A DNA stretch of 64,000 nucleotides from Arcobacteraceae bacterium (GCA_963662945.1 OY759974.1:128001-192000); one strand, 5' to 3'; shown: positions 1 to 10,868, counted from the first letter of the stretch. Program-made: numbers and translations. The notes: generated by a model not told the origin, from the sequence alone.

Positions 1-359
1 GCATCTGTACCTATAACTGCTGTTGGTACTTGTCCACTAATTACAACCATAGGAATACTGTCTGTATAAGCTGTAGCTAGTCCTGTAACTGCATTTGTAA
101 ATCCAGGACCAGATGTAACAATTGCAACACCTACTTTTCCACTACTTCTAGCATATGCATCAGCAGCATGTACTGCTGCTTGTTCATGTTTTGTAAGTAT
201 ATGTTGGAAATGATTTTGTTTATAAATCTCATCATATACGTTCATTATAGCACCACCAGGATATCCAAATACAACTTCTGTATTTTCCCTTCTTAATGCT
301 TCTATTACGATTTGTGAACCTGTTAATTGTCCACTAGTATTATTTGATTTGTAACTCAT
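1..359 (-). CDS. ilvB: Acetolactate synthase large subunit, 5' part (runs off the window start)
   Basis: Manual translation from ATG at 359: [45 protein letters not shown]...[30 protein letters not shown], the AHAS TPP-enzyme N-terminus. Not in the ORF track. Confidence 0.93.
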   Translation of the reverse strand, partial: MSYKSNNTSGQLTGSQIVIEALRRENTEVVFGYPGGAIMNVYDEIYKQNHFQHILTKHEQAAVHAADAYARSSGKVGVAIVTSGPGFTNAVTGLATAYTDSIPMVVISGQVPTAVIGTD

Positions 360-542
360 ATAATTTCTCTTTCTTTAAAAATATTTGGATTTTATCTAAA
401 TGAATATTAAGAGTTTATAAGAGTAAAAAACTATAGAATTTAAGTAAAATTTAAAAAAAACTACTATTTAAGTTAATTTTAAGAAAAGAATAATAAAAAA
501 TGGTGTATAATTAGTTACAAAATAAAAAAGGAGGTACTTATT

Positions 543-1277
543 ATGGAACTAACTCAATTAAATAGTTTAAATTTTTCTAGTGTTGCTCAGTCAAGTATTG
601 AACAAGTTCAAACTAAAAAATCAGTTGAAATAGCTTCTGATAATAAGCCTTTAAAAGTAGATAATCCAATTGAATTATCTAGTACAGCTAAAAGTTCATT
701 TGCAAATAATCTCATGAATAACATTAAACAGATTTCAACTGGTATGAATATTCAATCTGCTATTTCTAAACAATTAGAAATAACTAATAAAATTGAACAG
801 TCAATAACATCAGTTATATCAAATTCAAAAAAGAATTTAAATGATATTCAACCGGAGATTAAAAACTTAATGGATGGTTTTAATAACTATTCAAGTAAAA
901 TATCTACTTCTATAAGTGCAATTTCAGGTAACTCTACTGATAATGAAAAAAGTAGAATATATTTTGATGGTATTTTAGGTGCAAAACCATTAAGTAGTGA
1001 AGAGATATTAGCAGAAGTGGAATCACAAAGAGAAAGACTTCAAAATATCAATAAAGCTGCTAATGATGAAGTTTTAAACAATATTCAAAAGTCACACAAT
1101 ATGTTTAGTGCTCAAAAACAAGAACTTATTGATAAAGAACCTCAAGTTCAAAAATTTGATTTTAATATTGAAAGCAATAATTTTGACGCAAAAACGCTAC
1201 AAAACATACAAGGTTCTATCACTGATACACAAGCAAATGCCCAAGTAGATCAAAGTGTAAAACTTCTTGCTTCATAA
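543..1277 (+). CDS. Flagellin-like/helical hypothetical protein
   Basis: 244-aa ORF with AAGGAGG RBS. C-terminus DTQANAQVDQSVKLLAS resembles the flagellin C-terminal 'AQAN...vl.LL' motif; the typical flagellin N-terminus is not evident. Confidence 0.45.
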   Translation: MELTQLNSLNFSSVAQSSIEQVQTKKSVEIASDNKPLKVDNPIELSSTAKSSFANNLMNNIKQISTGMNIQSAISKQLEITNKIEQSITSVISNSKKNLNDIQPEIKNLMDGFNNYSSKISTSISAISGNSTDNEKSRIYFDGILGAKPLSSEEILAEVESQRERLQNINKAANDEVLNNIQKSHNMFSAQKQELIDKEPQVQKFDFNIESNNFDAKTLQNIQGSITDTQANAQVDQSVKLLAS

Positions 1278-1301
1278 AGATATCACATACTTTTCTGAAT
1301 T

Positions 1302-1865
1302 TTAAGGATGTGGTATTTTTACTTTTGAATTTAATAAATATCCAATAACTATCATTAATATTAATACTATATTTTCATTAGGTATAAGTTCATAAATCCA
1401 TCCTAAATATACACACCAAAGTAAGATAGCACCAAGAGGTGTTGGTATTCCAGTAAAGTGTTTACTTACTTCGCCTACATGAGAATTAAGATTAAATTGT
1501 ATTAATCTTCTTAATCCAGAGATAACATAATATATAAATGCGAAAGCTACAAATCCTGTATTTAAAAAGTTAATCTCTTTACCATCGATTACACCAAAAA
1601 ATATAAACATTACTGGTACTATTACAAATGATAAAAAATCACCAAAAGAATCTAATTGAATTCCAAATTCAGTTGATAAATTATATTTTCTTGCAATTTT
1701 TCCATCCAAGATGTCAAAAGCCCCAGCAAGCCAAGCAAATAATGCTGCTGCAAAAAAATCATTATGTGTTAAAAAATATATTGCTAATATCCCTGAGGTG
1801 ATATTAAAAAACGTAACTATATTAGCTAAGTTAAAATGATTGTCTTTATTAAATAAAAATGTCAT
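1302..1865 (-). CDS. pssA: CDP-alcohol phosphatidyltransferase (PssA-like)
   Basis: DILDGKIARKYNLSTEFGIQLDSFGD matches D-x2-DG-x2-AR-x8-G-x3-D-x3-D; FTGIPTP motif; hydrophobic. Confidence 0.85.
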   Translation of the reverse strand: MTFLFNKDNHFNLANIVTFFNITSGILAIYFLTHNDFFAAALFAWLAGAFDILDGKIARKYNLSTEFGIQLDSFGDFLSFVIVPVMFIFFGVIDGKEINFLNTGFVAFAFIYYVISGLRRLIQFNLNSHVGEVSKHFTGIPTPLGAILLWCVYLGWIYELIPNENIVLILMIVIGYLLNSKVKIPHP

Positions 1866-2923
1866 AATGTGTATTGATCCCTTCCATACTCTTTTGATTG
1901 ATAAAGTTTTTTATCTGCAAGTTTATATATATCTGTTCTTGACATATGATATATAGTTTTATCAATTAAAACTACACCCATAGATAAAGTTAAAAAACCA
2001 GTTTTACTTGCACTATGCTTTACTTTTTGTGCAGCAATAGCATTTTGTAATATTTTCAATCTTTTTTCTAATGTTACTCTATTTATATTAAAAATTAAAA
2101 TACCAAACTCTTCCCCACCTAATCTAAAAACATAATCGTATTCATCTTTAAATAATGTATCTAAGACATTTGCAACAGTTTTTAAAGCAATATCTCCAGC
2201 ATCATGACCATAAGTATCATTATATTGTTTAAAAAAATCTATATCAATCATTACAAATGCACTTTCCCAATTATTTTCATAACTAACTGCTGTTGTTTCA
2301 TCCAAAATACTGTCAAAATATTTTCTATTGTAAAGCCCTGTCAATCCATCTGTAATAGAATCTGATTTATACTTATTTACTAAATATTCAAGTTTATTAT
2401 GATTTTTAATTGTACTAATAATTGTTATTAAAATAAATATACCAATTGAAATAATGATAAATATTTGATTATAAAATAGATAATTTTTAACACTATCGTA
2501 TTTTTCCAAAAACTTTTTACGCTGTAAAGAAGCAGATGATACTTCATATTGTATTAATAAATCAATTTGTTTTGTCATATAATCATAAAACTGTATATTT
2601 TGCTTTTTAAAAGAATTATTAACTTGTTTATTAATTTTATTAACAACTTCTCGTTCTTGTATAGTTTTATATTGAGAATTATAATAATTCCAATTTTCTA
2701 AAATTACGTTTTTACTTTTTACTATTTCTGTAGGTTTATTGATTAAATTTTTATATTCACTTTTAATTATATGTAGTTTATGTACAGGGATAAAATTACC
2801 AAAATAAATATTATCAATTTGATTTTTTAACTTTTCAATTTCTGATGAAAATAAAAAACTTATGTAAACAAGAGCAACAAGTACAATAATTGGTAGTGCT
2901 AATAATTTATAATTTAACTTCAT
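1862..2923 (-). CDS. Membrane diguanylate cyclase with four-helix-bundle-like periplasmic sensor
   Basis: Two TM segments, DGLTGLYNR, DIDFFKQYNDTYGHDAGD, RLGGEEF, ADKKLYQSK. Confidence 0.9.
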   Translation of the reverse strand: MKLNYKLLALPIIVLVALVYISFLFSSEIEKLKNQIDNIYFGNFIPVHKLHIIKSEYKNLINKPTEIVKSKNVILENWNYYNSQYKTIQEREVVNKINKQVNNSFKKQNIQFYDYMTKQIDLLIQYEVSSASLQRKKFLEKYDSVKNYLFYNQIFIIISIGIFILITIISTIKNHNKLEYLVNKYKSDSITDGLTGLYNRKYFDSILDETTAVSYENNWESAFVMIDIDFFKQYNDTYGHDAGDIALKTVANVLDTLFKDEYDYVFRLGGEEFGILIFNINRVTLEKRLKILQNAIAAQKVKHSASKTGFLTLSMGVVLIDKTIYHMSRTDIYKLADKKLYQSKEYGRDQYTL

Positions 2924-2926
2924 TAA

Positions 2927-4021
2927 TTATTTTCTTTTTCCATTAGCAAAATCCATAATATACTGCGCTATATCGTCAAGATGACATATATCTTTCACAG
3001 CACCTGCTTTGATCGCTTGAGCAGGCATTCCAAATACAACACAACTTTCTTCATTTTGGGCAACTGTATAGGCACCATTATCATGTAAATTTTTCATAGC
3101 AATCGTTCCATCATCACCCATACCAGTCATCATTACGGCCATCGCCCCACCACCTGCACTATTGTTTAAACTTCTAAACATAACATCAACACTCGGTTTA
3201 TGACGGCTTACTTTTGTAACATCTAATAAACTAGCAACATAATTTGGACCTTTTTTATTAATTACTAAATGCATATTACCAGGAGCAAGATATGCGTGTC
3301 CTTTTTCTAAAATAACCTCTGATTGAACTTCAGAAACTATGACTTTTGAATGGTCATTTAACCTCTGTGCAAATGAACTTGAAAATCCATACGGTATATG
3401 TTGTGTAATTACAATAGGTGGAAGATTCGATGGAAGATTTTTAAACACTCTTAATAATGATTCAACTCCTCCTGTTGAAGAACCTATCCCAATAATTTTA
3501 GGACCAGGCATTAATGCTGGATTGTTTTTTATTACTTTATCAGGATGAACTTTTTCTTCGATTAAACTTTCTGATATGTGAGCCCTCTTCACTTGTTGTT
3601 CAATTGGTTTAATTGGTTTTGGTTTTTTCAGAGTATATTTATTAAGTAAAAATGTTAAATTAAGAAGTGTTTCTTTAATTCTTTCACTAAAAGAGCTCAT
3701 TGATTCACCTAATGCTGGTTTTGAAACAAAACCTACAGCCCCATCATCAAATATATCATTTCCTCTAACACTTTCACCTGAAATAACAACTGCAGGCATC
3801 GGATGTAATCGCATTAAATTTCTTAAAAATGTTACACCATCCATTTTGGGCATATTTATATCTATAGTAACTAAATCCGGTTCTAATTGTTTAATTTTTT
3901 CTCTAGCTTCATATGCATCTGCTGCTGTATCTACAACAGCAAAATCTTCGATGGAATTAATAAAATCACTAATTAGCTTTCTCATTGAAACAGAATCATC
4001 AATCACAAGTACCGTATACAT
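2927..4021 (-). CDS. cheB: Chemotaxis response regulator methylesterase CheB
   Basis: N-terminal REC domain (DINMP), then GSSTGG, TQHIP, MTGMGDDG. Confidence 0.96.
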   Translation of the reverse strand: MYTVLVIDDSVSMRKLISDFINSIEDFAVVDTAADAYEAREKIKQLEPDLVTIDINMPKMDGVTFLRNLMRLHPMPAVVISGESVRGNDIFDDGAVGFVSKPALGESMSSFSERIKETLLNLTFLLNKYTLKKPKPIKPIEQQVKRAHISESLIEEKVHPDKVIKNNPALMPGPKIIGIGSSTGGVESLLRVFKNLPSNLPPIVITQHIPYGFSSSFAQRLNDHSKVIVSEVQSEVILEKGHAYLAPGNMHLVINKKGPNYVASLLDVTKVSRHKPSVDVMFRSLNNSAGGGAMAVMMTGMGDDGTIAMKNLHDNGAYTVAQNEESCVVFGMPAQAIKAGAVKDICHLDDIAQYIMDFANGKRK

Positions 4022-4042
4022 TATTATCTTACTCCAAGCTCA

Positions 4043-4720
4043 TTAGAAAAATTCCATTTCCATTGTATCACTAGATTTACCATCTTCACTAAAAATTCCT
4101 GTTCCACTAATGTATTCAGCAGTTGCTGGTTGTCTAATAGAAAGTTCTCGTTGAAGTTTTTTCTCTTCTGCAACCACTTCATTTGATGTATTTTTATTAT
4201 CAACATTTTTAATAAAAGTTTCAAATCGATCACCCATAAGAATAACTCTTCCAGCATTGCCTCTAGTATGGTCTGATATTATACGAAACCCTTCTGATTG
4301 ACAAAATGTGTGTGCAAATTCAACATTTCTATGACCTATACTCTTTCCAAATGTTGGCATATTCATAATATCTGCACCACCTGATATTTTAGCAGCCATA
4401 TTCATTTTAGTACATCCTAATTTATACATTTCATTAAGCATAGCCTCTACAGAATAAAGTCCGTATTTCATATCTTCATTAGAATTTTCTGTTGCAGGGA
4501 GTAAAAAATGATTCATCCCTTTAATTTGCTTTACTTTATCATAAAACATAATAGCTACACAAGATCCAAGTAATGTTTTAAAAGCTACATTTTCACTATC
4601 TGCAACTACTGCAAATTCTCCACCAATAATAGTATGTGTAGGCATTCCTTTTACAATTTGTGTTATTCTTGTACTTGAAATTTTTTCAATTGATCCATCT
4701 TTATGACCAAGAGTAATCAT
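4043..4720 (-). CDS. cheD: Chemoreceptor glutamine deamidase CheD
   Basis: TLLGSCVA, GMNHFLLP, KYG, AKISGGA, IGHRN motifs. Confidence 0.93.
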   Translation of the reverse strand: MITLGHKDGSIEKISSTRITQIVKGMPTHTIIGGEFAVVADSENVAFKTLLGSCVAIMFYDKVKQIKGMNHFLLPATENSNEDMKYGLYSVEAMLNEMYKLGCTKMNMAAKISGGADIMNMPTFGKSIGHRNVEFAHTFCQSEGFRIISDHTRGNAGRVILMGDRFETFIKNVDNKNTSNEVVAEEKKLQRELSIRQPATAEYISGTGIFSEDGKSSDTMEMEFF

Positions 4721-5547
4721 ACTATATCCTTCACTTTTACAAAAATATTTTGTCCAACTCTTTTAGTATAGTTAATTAAGTCATGAGGATTTTCAGAATG
4801 TCCAATATAAAGAGTTCCACCTATTTTAAGAGTTCTAAAAAGTTTTTTTAATATTTTATTCTGATCTTCAATTGAAAAATAAATAAGTACATTCCTACAA
4901 AAAACAACATCAAATTGATGTGTATCAAAAGGATATATATCATCATTTAAATTCATTTGACCAAAAGTAATCATATTTTTCAAATCATCATTGACTTTAA
5001 TAAGTATTTCATCACCCGCTAAATTTTTTTGAATTCTTCTCTTAAAATATTTTTGTGGTTTAATCCAAGATGGAAACTCTTTTGAGCTTTTTTGAAACCT
5101 ATAAATCCCATTTGCCGCAGCTTGTAAAACATCAGTATCTATATCGGTTGCAATGATTGATGCTCTCATTGTACTACTAAATTCTCTTACAGTCATCGCC
5201 ATCGAATATGGTTCTTCACCTGTTGATGCTGCAGAACAATACATTTTAATCTCTTTATTTAATTTATCAAATTCTGGTAAAACCCGTGTTTTTAAATCCT
5301 CAAAATGAAAATCTTCTCTAAAAAAATGAGTCTTATTTGTAGTAAATGTATTTATAAACTCTTTTGTATATTCACCATTTTCTATTTTTTCCAATAACAC
5401 TGATATATCACCAGTATATTTTGTATTTCTTCGTAATTTATCCAGTCTATTTGCTATCATGACTTCTTTATTCTCTGTCAGGGTAATACCTGTCAAAGAA
5501 TAAAGTATAGATTTTACTTTATCATATAATTGTTGAGTGGTCGACAT
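4717..5547 (-). CDS. cheR: Chemotaxis methyltransferase CheR
   Basis: TTNKTHFFRE, SAASTGEEPYS, ATDID, FDVVFCRNVLIYF, GHSE. Confidence 0.96.
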   Translation of the reverse strand: MSTTQQLYDKVKSILYSLTGITLTENKEVMIANRLDKLRRNTKYTGDISVLLEKIENGEYTKEFINTFTTNKTHFFREDFHFEDLKTRVLPEFDKLNKEIKMYCSAASTGEEPYSMAMTVREFSSTMRASIIATDIDTDVLQAAANGIYRFQKSSKEFPSWIKPQKYFKRRIQKNLAGDEILIKVNDDLKNMITFGQMNLNDDIYPFDTHQFDVVFCRNVLIYFSIEDQNKILKKLFRTLKIGGTLYIGHSENPHDLINYTKRVGQNIFVKVKDIV

Positions 5548-5556
5548 TTGTACTTA

Positions 5557-7554
5557 TTATGAAGCAGCTAAATGATTTTTACGTGGTTCTCTATGATCTG
5601 CATGAGACAATTCTGATTTTTTTTGTGCCTCTATAATACCCATTACATCAATAATTAAACCGATACTTCCATCTCCTCTAACTGTAGCAGCACCAATACC
5701 TTCAACACTTCTAAAGTTTTTATCAAGTGGCTTCACAACAACTTGATGTTGATGTAAAAATTCATCTATAAACATTGCAATTTTAGTTGCACCTGATTTT
5801 ACAACTATTAACATACCTTCTTCAAGTTTTGTATGTTTTGGTTCAATATCAAATAACTGATGTAATCTTACAACAGGAATAAATTCTTCTCTTAACATTA
5901 ATAAATCTTGTGTTCCATCACCAATTCTTTTAATCATCTCTGAAGTTGGTTGTAGTGATTCAACAATTGCACTTAATGGTAAAATATATTTTACATTTCC
6001 AACAGCAATATCTAATCCATCAAGAATAGCAAGTGTTAATGGTAACATAATAGTAATTGTTGTCCCTACACCTATTTCTGTATCAAGATTAATAACTCCA
6101 CCCAATTTAGTAATATTTGTTTTTACAACATCCATACCAACACCACGACCTGATATATCTGTTATCTGATCTGCTGTACTTACCCCTGCTCCAAATATAA
6201 GCATTGCTTTTTCATTATCACTCATTGATGCTAATTGTTGTTCATCGATAAGACCATTTTCTAATGATTTTTGTGCAACTTTATCTGCTGGAATCCCTTT
6301 ACCATCATCTTTTATAGTAATAATCATTTGTCCATTTGCTTGTTCTGCAGAAATAAGGATAGTCCCTGTTTCAGGTTTTCCTGCTGCAATTCTATCTTCT
6401 GGCATTTCAATACCATGATCTAAAGAGTTTCTAATAATATGCATTAATGGATCAGTAAGCCCTTCAATCATAGCTTTATCAATTTCAACGCTATCACCCT
6501 CATGTTTAAACTCTATTTTTTTCTTAAGTTTTTTTGAAATATCTCTTACAACTTTAGGAAATTTAGAATAAATTGATTCCATTGGTACCATTCGAATACT
6601 CATAATTGAATCTTGCATATCCCTAATATGTCTTTCAAGTAATTCAAGTCTTTCTAATACAGAATTTCTTACTTTACTTTCTCTAATAGTAGTACTATAT
6701 TGTGTCAACATAGCATTTGTTATAACTAAATCTCCAACATTATTCATTAAAAGATCTATTTTATCAAGATTAACTCTAATTGTACTTGCCGCAGCTTTTT
6801 TAGAAGGTTCTTCTTTCTCTACTACTTTTGATTTTGATGGTGTTGCAGCTTTAGGTGCTTCTGATACTGGTTTAACTTCTGTAATAACTGGTTCTTCTAC
6901 TTTTGATACAGGTTCAATTTTAGATTCAGGTGTAATTTTTTCAGCTTCATCAAAAAAACCAAAATTTTCATCACTATTGATACTGTCATTAGTTGTATTC
7001 CCTGACACTTCTACTTCTTCTTCACCAAAAAATCCCCAAGAATCACTATTAGATGATTGCACTGGCGTAGTCTCTTGTATTTCTACAGGTTTTGTTGCTA
7101 CTTCAACTGTTGATACTGGTATTTTTTGAGCTGGTTCTGCAGGAGTAGATTCTCCACTCATATATGCTCTAATTGTAACTAAAAGATCAGATGTCATTTC
7201 AGTGAACTTTTCTCTATCCATTTCACCATCACACTCCATTTGAAGTATCTCTTTCATTACATCTAAACCATCCATCAATGTCCCAGCCATTTCAGGTATA
7301 AATTCAATCTGGTGATTTCTAAGCTTATCCATCATGTTTTCAACATCATGTGTAAACTCTGCAAAAAAAGCTAATTCAACAGAAGCACCGCTACCTTTTA
7401 ATGTATGTACATCTCTAAATAATTGACCCATTTCATCATCAGTTAATGTACCATTATTCTCTGCTTCTAATAAAACGTTGTCTGCTGATTCAAAAAGTTC
7501 TTCCGCTTCCTCAACAAACATATCTCTATACATTGATATATCAAATCCAGACAT
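5557..7554 (-). CDS. cheA: Chemotaxis histidine kinase CheA
   Basis: Hpt FRDVHTLKG, dimerisation IRVNLDKIDLLMN, HATPase HIIRNSLDHGIE / ISGRGVGMDVVK, C-terminal CheW-like domain. Confidence 0.97.
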   Translation of the reverse strand: MSGFDISMYRDMFVEEAEELFESADNVLLEAENNGTLTDDEMGQLFRDVHTLKGSGASVELAFFAEFTHDVENMMDKLRNHQIEFIPEMAGTLMDGLDVMKEILQMECDGEMDREKFTEMTSDLLVTIRAYMSGESTPAEPAQKIPVSTVEVATKPVEIQETTPVQSSNSDSWGFFGEEEVEVSGNTTNDSINSDENFGFFDEAEKITPESKIEPVSKVEEPVITEVKPVSEAPKAATPSKSKVVEKEEPSKKAAASTIRVNLDKIDLLMNNVGDLVITNAMLTQYSTTIRESKVRNSVLERLELLERHIRDMQDSIMSIRMVPMESIYSKFPKVVRDISKKLKKKIEFKHEGDSVEIDKAMIEGLTDPLMHIIRNSLDHGIEMPEDRIAAGKPETGTILISAEQANGQMIITIKDDGKGIPADKVAQKSLENGLIDEQQLASMSDNEKAMLIFGAGVSTADQITDISGRGVGMDVVKTNITKLGGVINLDTEIGVGTTITIMLPLTLAILDGLDIAVGNVKYILPLSAIVESLQPTSEMIKRIGDGTQDLLMLREEFIPVVRLHQLFDIEPKHTKLEEGMLIVVKSGATKIAMFIDEFLHQHQVVVKPLDKNFRSVEGIGAATVRGDGSIGLIIDVMGIIEAQKKSELSHADHREPRKNHLAAS

Positions 7555-7572
7555 TTTACACCCTTTTATTTA

Positions 7573-7941
7573 TTATTTTTTAGTTAAAACTATATTAACA
7601 GCTTTTAATAACTGATCTGGAACAAATGGCTTTACAATCCAACCTGTAGCACCAGCAGCTTTACCTTTTGTTTTCATTTCATCACTTCTTTCAGTTGTAA
7701 GAACTAAAATAGGAGTCTTAGAATACTGATTAAGTTTTCGAAGTTCTGTTACAAATGTTAATCCATCCATATTTGGCATATTAATATCAGTTATAACTAA
7801 ATCAAACTGAGTACCTTTTGCCTTCTCTAGCCCATCTACACCATCAACAGCTTCAACAACATCGTTGTATCCACCTTCATTTAATGCGTATGATAGCATA
7901 TCTCTTAACATAGTAGAATCATCTACAATCAATAATTTCAT
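7573..7941 (-). CDS. cheY: Chemotaxis response regulator CheY
   Basis: Stand-alone REC (VDDS, TDINMP, LTTE, WIVKPF) directly upstream of cheA. Confidence 0.92.
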   Translation of the reverse strand: MKLLIVDDSTMLRDMLSYALNEGGYNDVVEAVDGVDGLEKAKGTQFDLVITDINMPNMDGLTFVTELRKLNQYSKTPILVLTTERSDEMKTKGKAAGATGWIVKPFVPDQLLKAVNIVLTKK

Positions 7942-8021
7942 TTTATTCCCTTCAAATGAATTTAAAATAATCTCTATAATAACTATAACTAAACTTAGTT
8001 TAAACTAATCTAAAAATTTCC

Positions 8022-10202
8022 TTAGAAATCAGTTGCGATAAGCTCTATCCTGTCTTTAGAGACTTTTAAAACTTTTACACTTATTGTGTCATTTTCATTT
8101 AATACATCTTTAATATTATTTACACGTTGTTTAGAAATTTTAGAAATATGTAAAAGACCTTCTCCACCCTTCGGAAGCTCAATAAAAGCTCCAAAATCAG
8201 CGATTCTTACCACTTTCCCTTCTAATACATCATCTATATTATAGATATGGTCAAAATTTACAACTTCTTTTTTTTGAAATGATTTTGCATTAGATGATAT
8301 ATTTTTAACTTGTTCCGCTGCACCTAAAATATCATTTTTATCACTACCAGTTATTTTAACAGCTCCACTTGTTTTATCTAAATCTATAGAAACTCCCCAT
8401 TTTTCAATAATCTCTCTAATTACAGAACCTGCTTTTCCAATAACAGCTAAAACTTTAGTAGGGTCAATATTAAACTGTTCAATTAATGGTAAAGCATCAC
8501 TAGGCACTATTTCTTTAGTTGCTTCTTCCATCAATGATAAAATATGTACTCTTCCCTCTTTTGCTTGTTCTAATGCTTCTTTTAATACTTCTAATGAAAT
8601 ACCACCAAGTTTTATATCCATTTGAAGTGCTGTTATACCATTTGTTGTTCCAGTAACTTTAAAATCCATATCTCCGTCATGATCTTCAAGTCCCATTATA
8701 TCTGTAAGAATTGCATATTTATCATCTTTAAAAACACCTCCCATAGCAACACCTGCTACAAGTGATGAAATAGGAATACCAGCCGCTTTTAAAGCTATTG
8801 AACCTCCACAAACTGTTGCCATAGAAGAACTACCATTTGATTCAAAAATCTCAGATACTAATCGGATAGTATCTGTATAATCTTTATCAATTGAAGACTC
8901 TAATGCTCTTTTTGCTAAATTTCCATGTCCTAATTCTCGTCTACTTACTCCAAAAATAGGTTTGGCTTCACCTACACTAAATCCTGGAAAATTATAATGA
9001 ACCATAAAATTTTCATTTTTAACATCTTTACTTGTTAATACCTCATACATTTGAGCATCTTTATTATTTCCCAAAGTTGCTACAACTAAAGCTTGCGTTT
9101 CACCTCTTGTAAATAAACAACTACTATGTGTTGATGGTAAAATATTTGTTTCAATTGTTATATCTCTCACATCTTTTAATCCACGTCCATCTGCTCGTAA
9201 CTTTTCTTCAATAATCATATCTCTAACAATATCTTTTTTTATAATTTCTACAGCTTCTCTAAGATCTTTTAATTCTATCTCATTTTCTATAGAAAAAGCA
9301 TCATTCAATATCTTCTTAGCAAGATCGTCTAATCCACTAAATCTTTCTTTTTTTGCCATAACTTTAATTGCATCTTTGATATTATTTAGATAATTTTCTT
9401 TTACATACACTAATAATTGCTCAGTAATATTCATTTCAAATAAATCTACAACTTGTGACTCTTGTTTTGCGAAATCAAAACTTTTTTCATATGTTTTATT
9501 TGTATTAGTAATAATTTTAGAAGCTATTGCAATTGCCTCAACCAATTCATCTTCACTAATATCATTAATATTATGAATTTTTGTAAAGCTTTCAATATCA
9601 ACTTCAACCATTTCTTGCGATGATATAGCTTTCATTTCAATCATTAATAATTCATTTGATGTTCCAGCAACATATAAATCTAATGTAGATTCTTCTTGTT
9701 GGATTAAGGAAGGGTTAATAATAAATTCTCCATCTATTCTCCCTATTCTTGTAGCACATACAGATCTTTCAACTGGAATATCTGAAGTAAATAATGCAGC
9801 AGATGCAGCATTTAATGCTAATACTTGTAAATCAGCTTCAGTATCAACACTTAAAACCATTACAGTAATTGTTGTAGGATAAACATATCCTTTTGGAAAT
9901 AGTGGTCGTAAACTTCTATCAATAATTCTTGAAGTTAAGGTTTCAAAATCATTAGGTTTTCCTTCTCTTTTAATAAAACCACCTGCAAATTTAGCAGCCG
10001 CATAAGTTTTTTCTATATATTGAACAGTTAGAGGTGTAAAATCCTCACTAACTGGATTATCAAACTCAGATACTACAGTTGCCATTAAAACCGTATTTCC
10101 CACCCTATACAATACAGAACCATTGCTTTGTTTTGCTACTTTATTAAATTCAAAAACCTCTTTAACATTATTTATTTCCAATTCACATATGGTTGACATC
10201 AT
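8022..10202 (-). CDS. pnp: Polyribonucleotide nucleotidyltransferase
   Basis: Two RNase PH domains (SRIIDRSLRPLF, FTRGETQ, ESNGSSSMA, DHDGDMDFK), KH and S1. Confidence 0.97.
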   Translation of the reverse strand: MMSTICELEINNVKEVFEFNKVAKQSNGSVLYRVGNTVLMATVVSEFDNPVSEDFTPLTVQYIEKTYAAAKFAGGFIKREGKPNDFETLTSRIIDRSLRPLFPKGYVYPTTITVMVLSVDTEADLQVLALNAASAALFTSDIPVERSVCATRIGRIDGEFIINPSLIQQEESTLDLYVAGTSNELLMIEMKAISSQEMVEVDIESFTKIHNINDISEDELVEAIAIASKIITNTNKTYEKSFDFAKQESQVVDLFEMNITEQLLVYVKENYLNNIKDAIKVMAKKERFSGLDDLAKKILNDAFSIENEIELKDLREAVEIIKKDIVRDMIIEEKLRADGRGLKDVRDITIETNILPSTHSSCLFTRGETQALVVATLGNNKDAQMYEVLTSKDVKNENFMVHYNFPGFSVGEAKPIFGVSRRELGHGNLAKRALESSIDKDYTDTIRLVSEIFESNGSSSMATVCGGSIALKAAGIPISSLVAGVAMGGVFKDDKYAILTDIMGLEDHDGDMDFKVTGTTNGITALQMDIKLGGISLEVLKEALEQAKEGRVHILSLMEEATKEIVPSDALPLIEQFNIDPTKVLAVIGKAGSVIREIIEKWGVSIDLDKTSGAVKITGSDKNDILGAAEQVKNISSNAKSFQKKEVVNFDHIYNIDDVLEGKVVRIADFGAFIELPKGGEGLLHISKISKQRVNNIKDVLNENDTISVKVLKVSKDRIELIATDF

Positions 10203-10863
10203 TTTCCTTTTTATAATTATCTTTTAATTTTTCTATATCTTCTAATTCAATTTGTTCTAATTTTTCATAATAAAAATCAATTGAAACAAAATGTGCAGGT
10301 GCTTGAACAAAATATAAATCATCTGCTATTGTCTCTATATCATTAATCGTAACTTCTGGTAAGACAGGTACTGCAACACAAATTGATTTTGCTTGTTTAC
10401 TAATTACAGATTTAATACATGCCATCATTGTAAGTCCAGTATTTAATCCCTCATCAACCAACAAAACATTACTATTAGCTAAATTCATTATATCTGAACT
10501 ATCTCTATACTTAGCTTTATACTCTTGTATATCTTTTAAATACATCTCTTTAGATTCATCATAAATATCTTCCAAATCTAAAGAAAATGATTTTAATAGT
10601 TCTTCATGAACAACAATATCTTGGGTTTCTGTAATAATGGCAATTTCACATTCATTATTATTTTTCGTAAATATTTTTTTTGTAAAAAGGTAATCAAATT
10701 TTGCATTAAGCTTTTGAGCTAAATCTAATGCAATTGGAACTCCACCTGCTGAAATAGCAAGTATTATCCATTGTTCTTTTTTCATATCATCTGTAGGTAA
10801 AACATTATAAAGCATAGTAGCAGCTTCTTGTCTATCTTTAAAAATTATATTATCTATTTTCAA
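10183..10863 (-). CDS. Phosphoribosyltransferase-family protein
   Basis: FKDRQEAA, LAISAGGVPIA, PRPP-loop-like LLVDEGLNTG, VAVPV. Confidence 0.8.
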   Translation of the reverse strand: MKIDNIIFKDRQEAATMLYNVLPTDDMKKEQWIILAISAGGVPIALDLAQKLNAKFDYLFTKKIFTKNNNECEIAIITETQDIVVHEELLKSFSLDLEDIYDESKEMYLKDIQEYKAKYRDSSDIMNLANSNVLLVDEGLNTGLTMMACIKSVISKQAKSICVAVPVLPEVTINDIETIADDLYFVQAPAHFVSIDFYYEKLEQIELEDIEKLKDNYKKENDVNHM

Positions 10864-10868
10864 AATAT

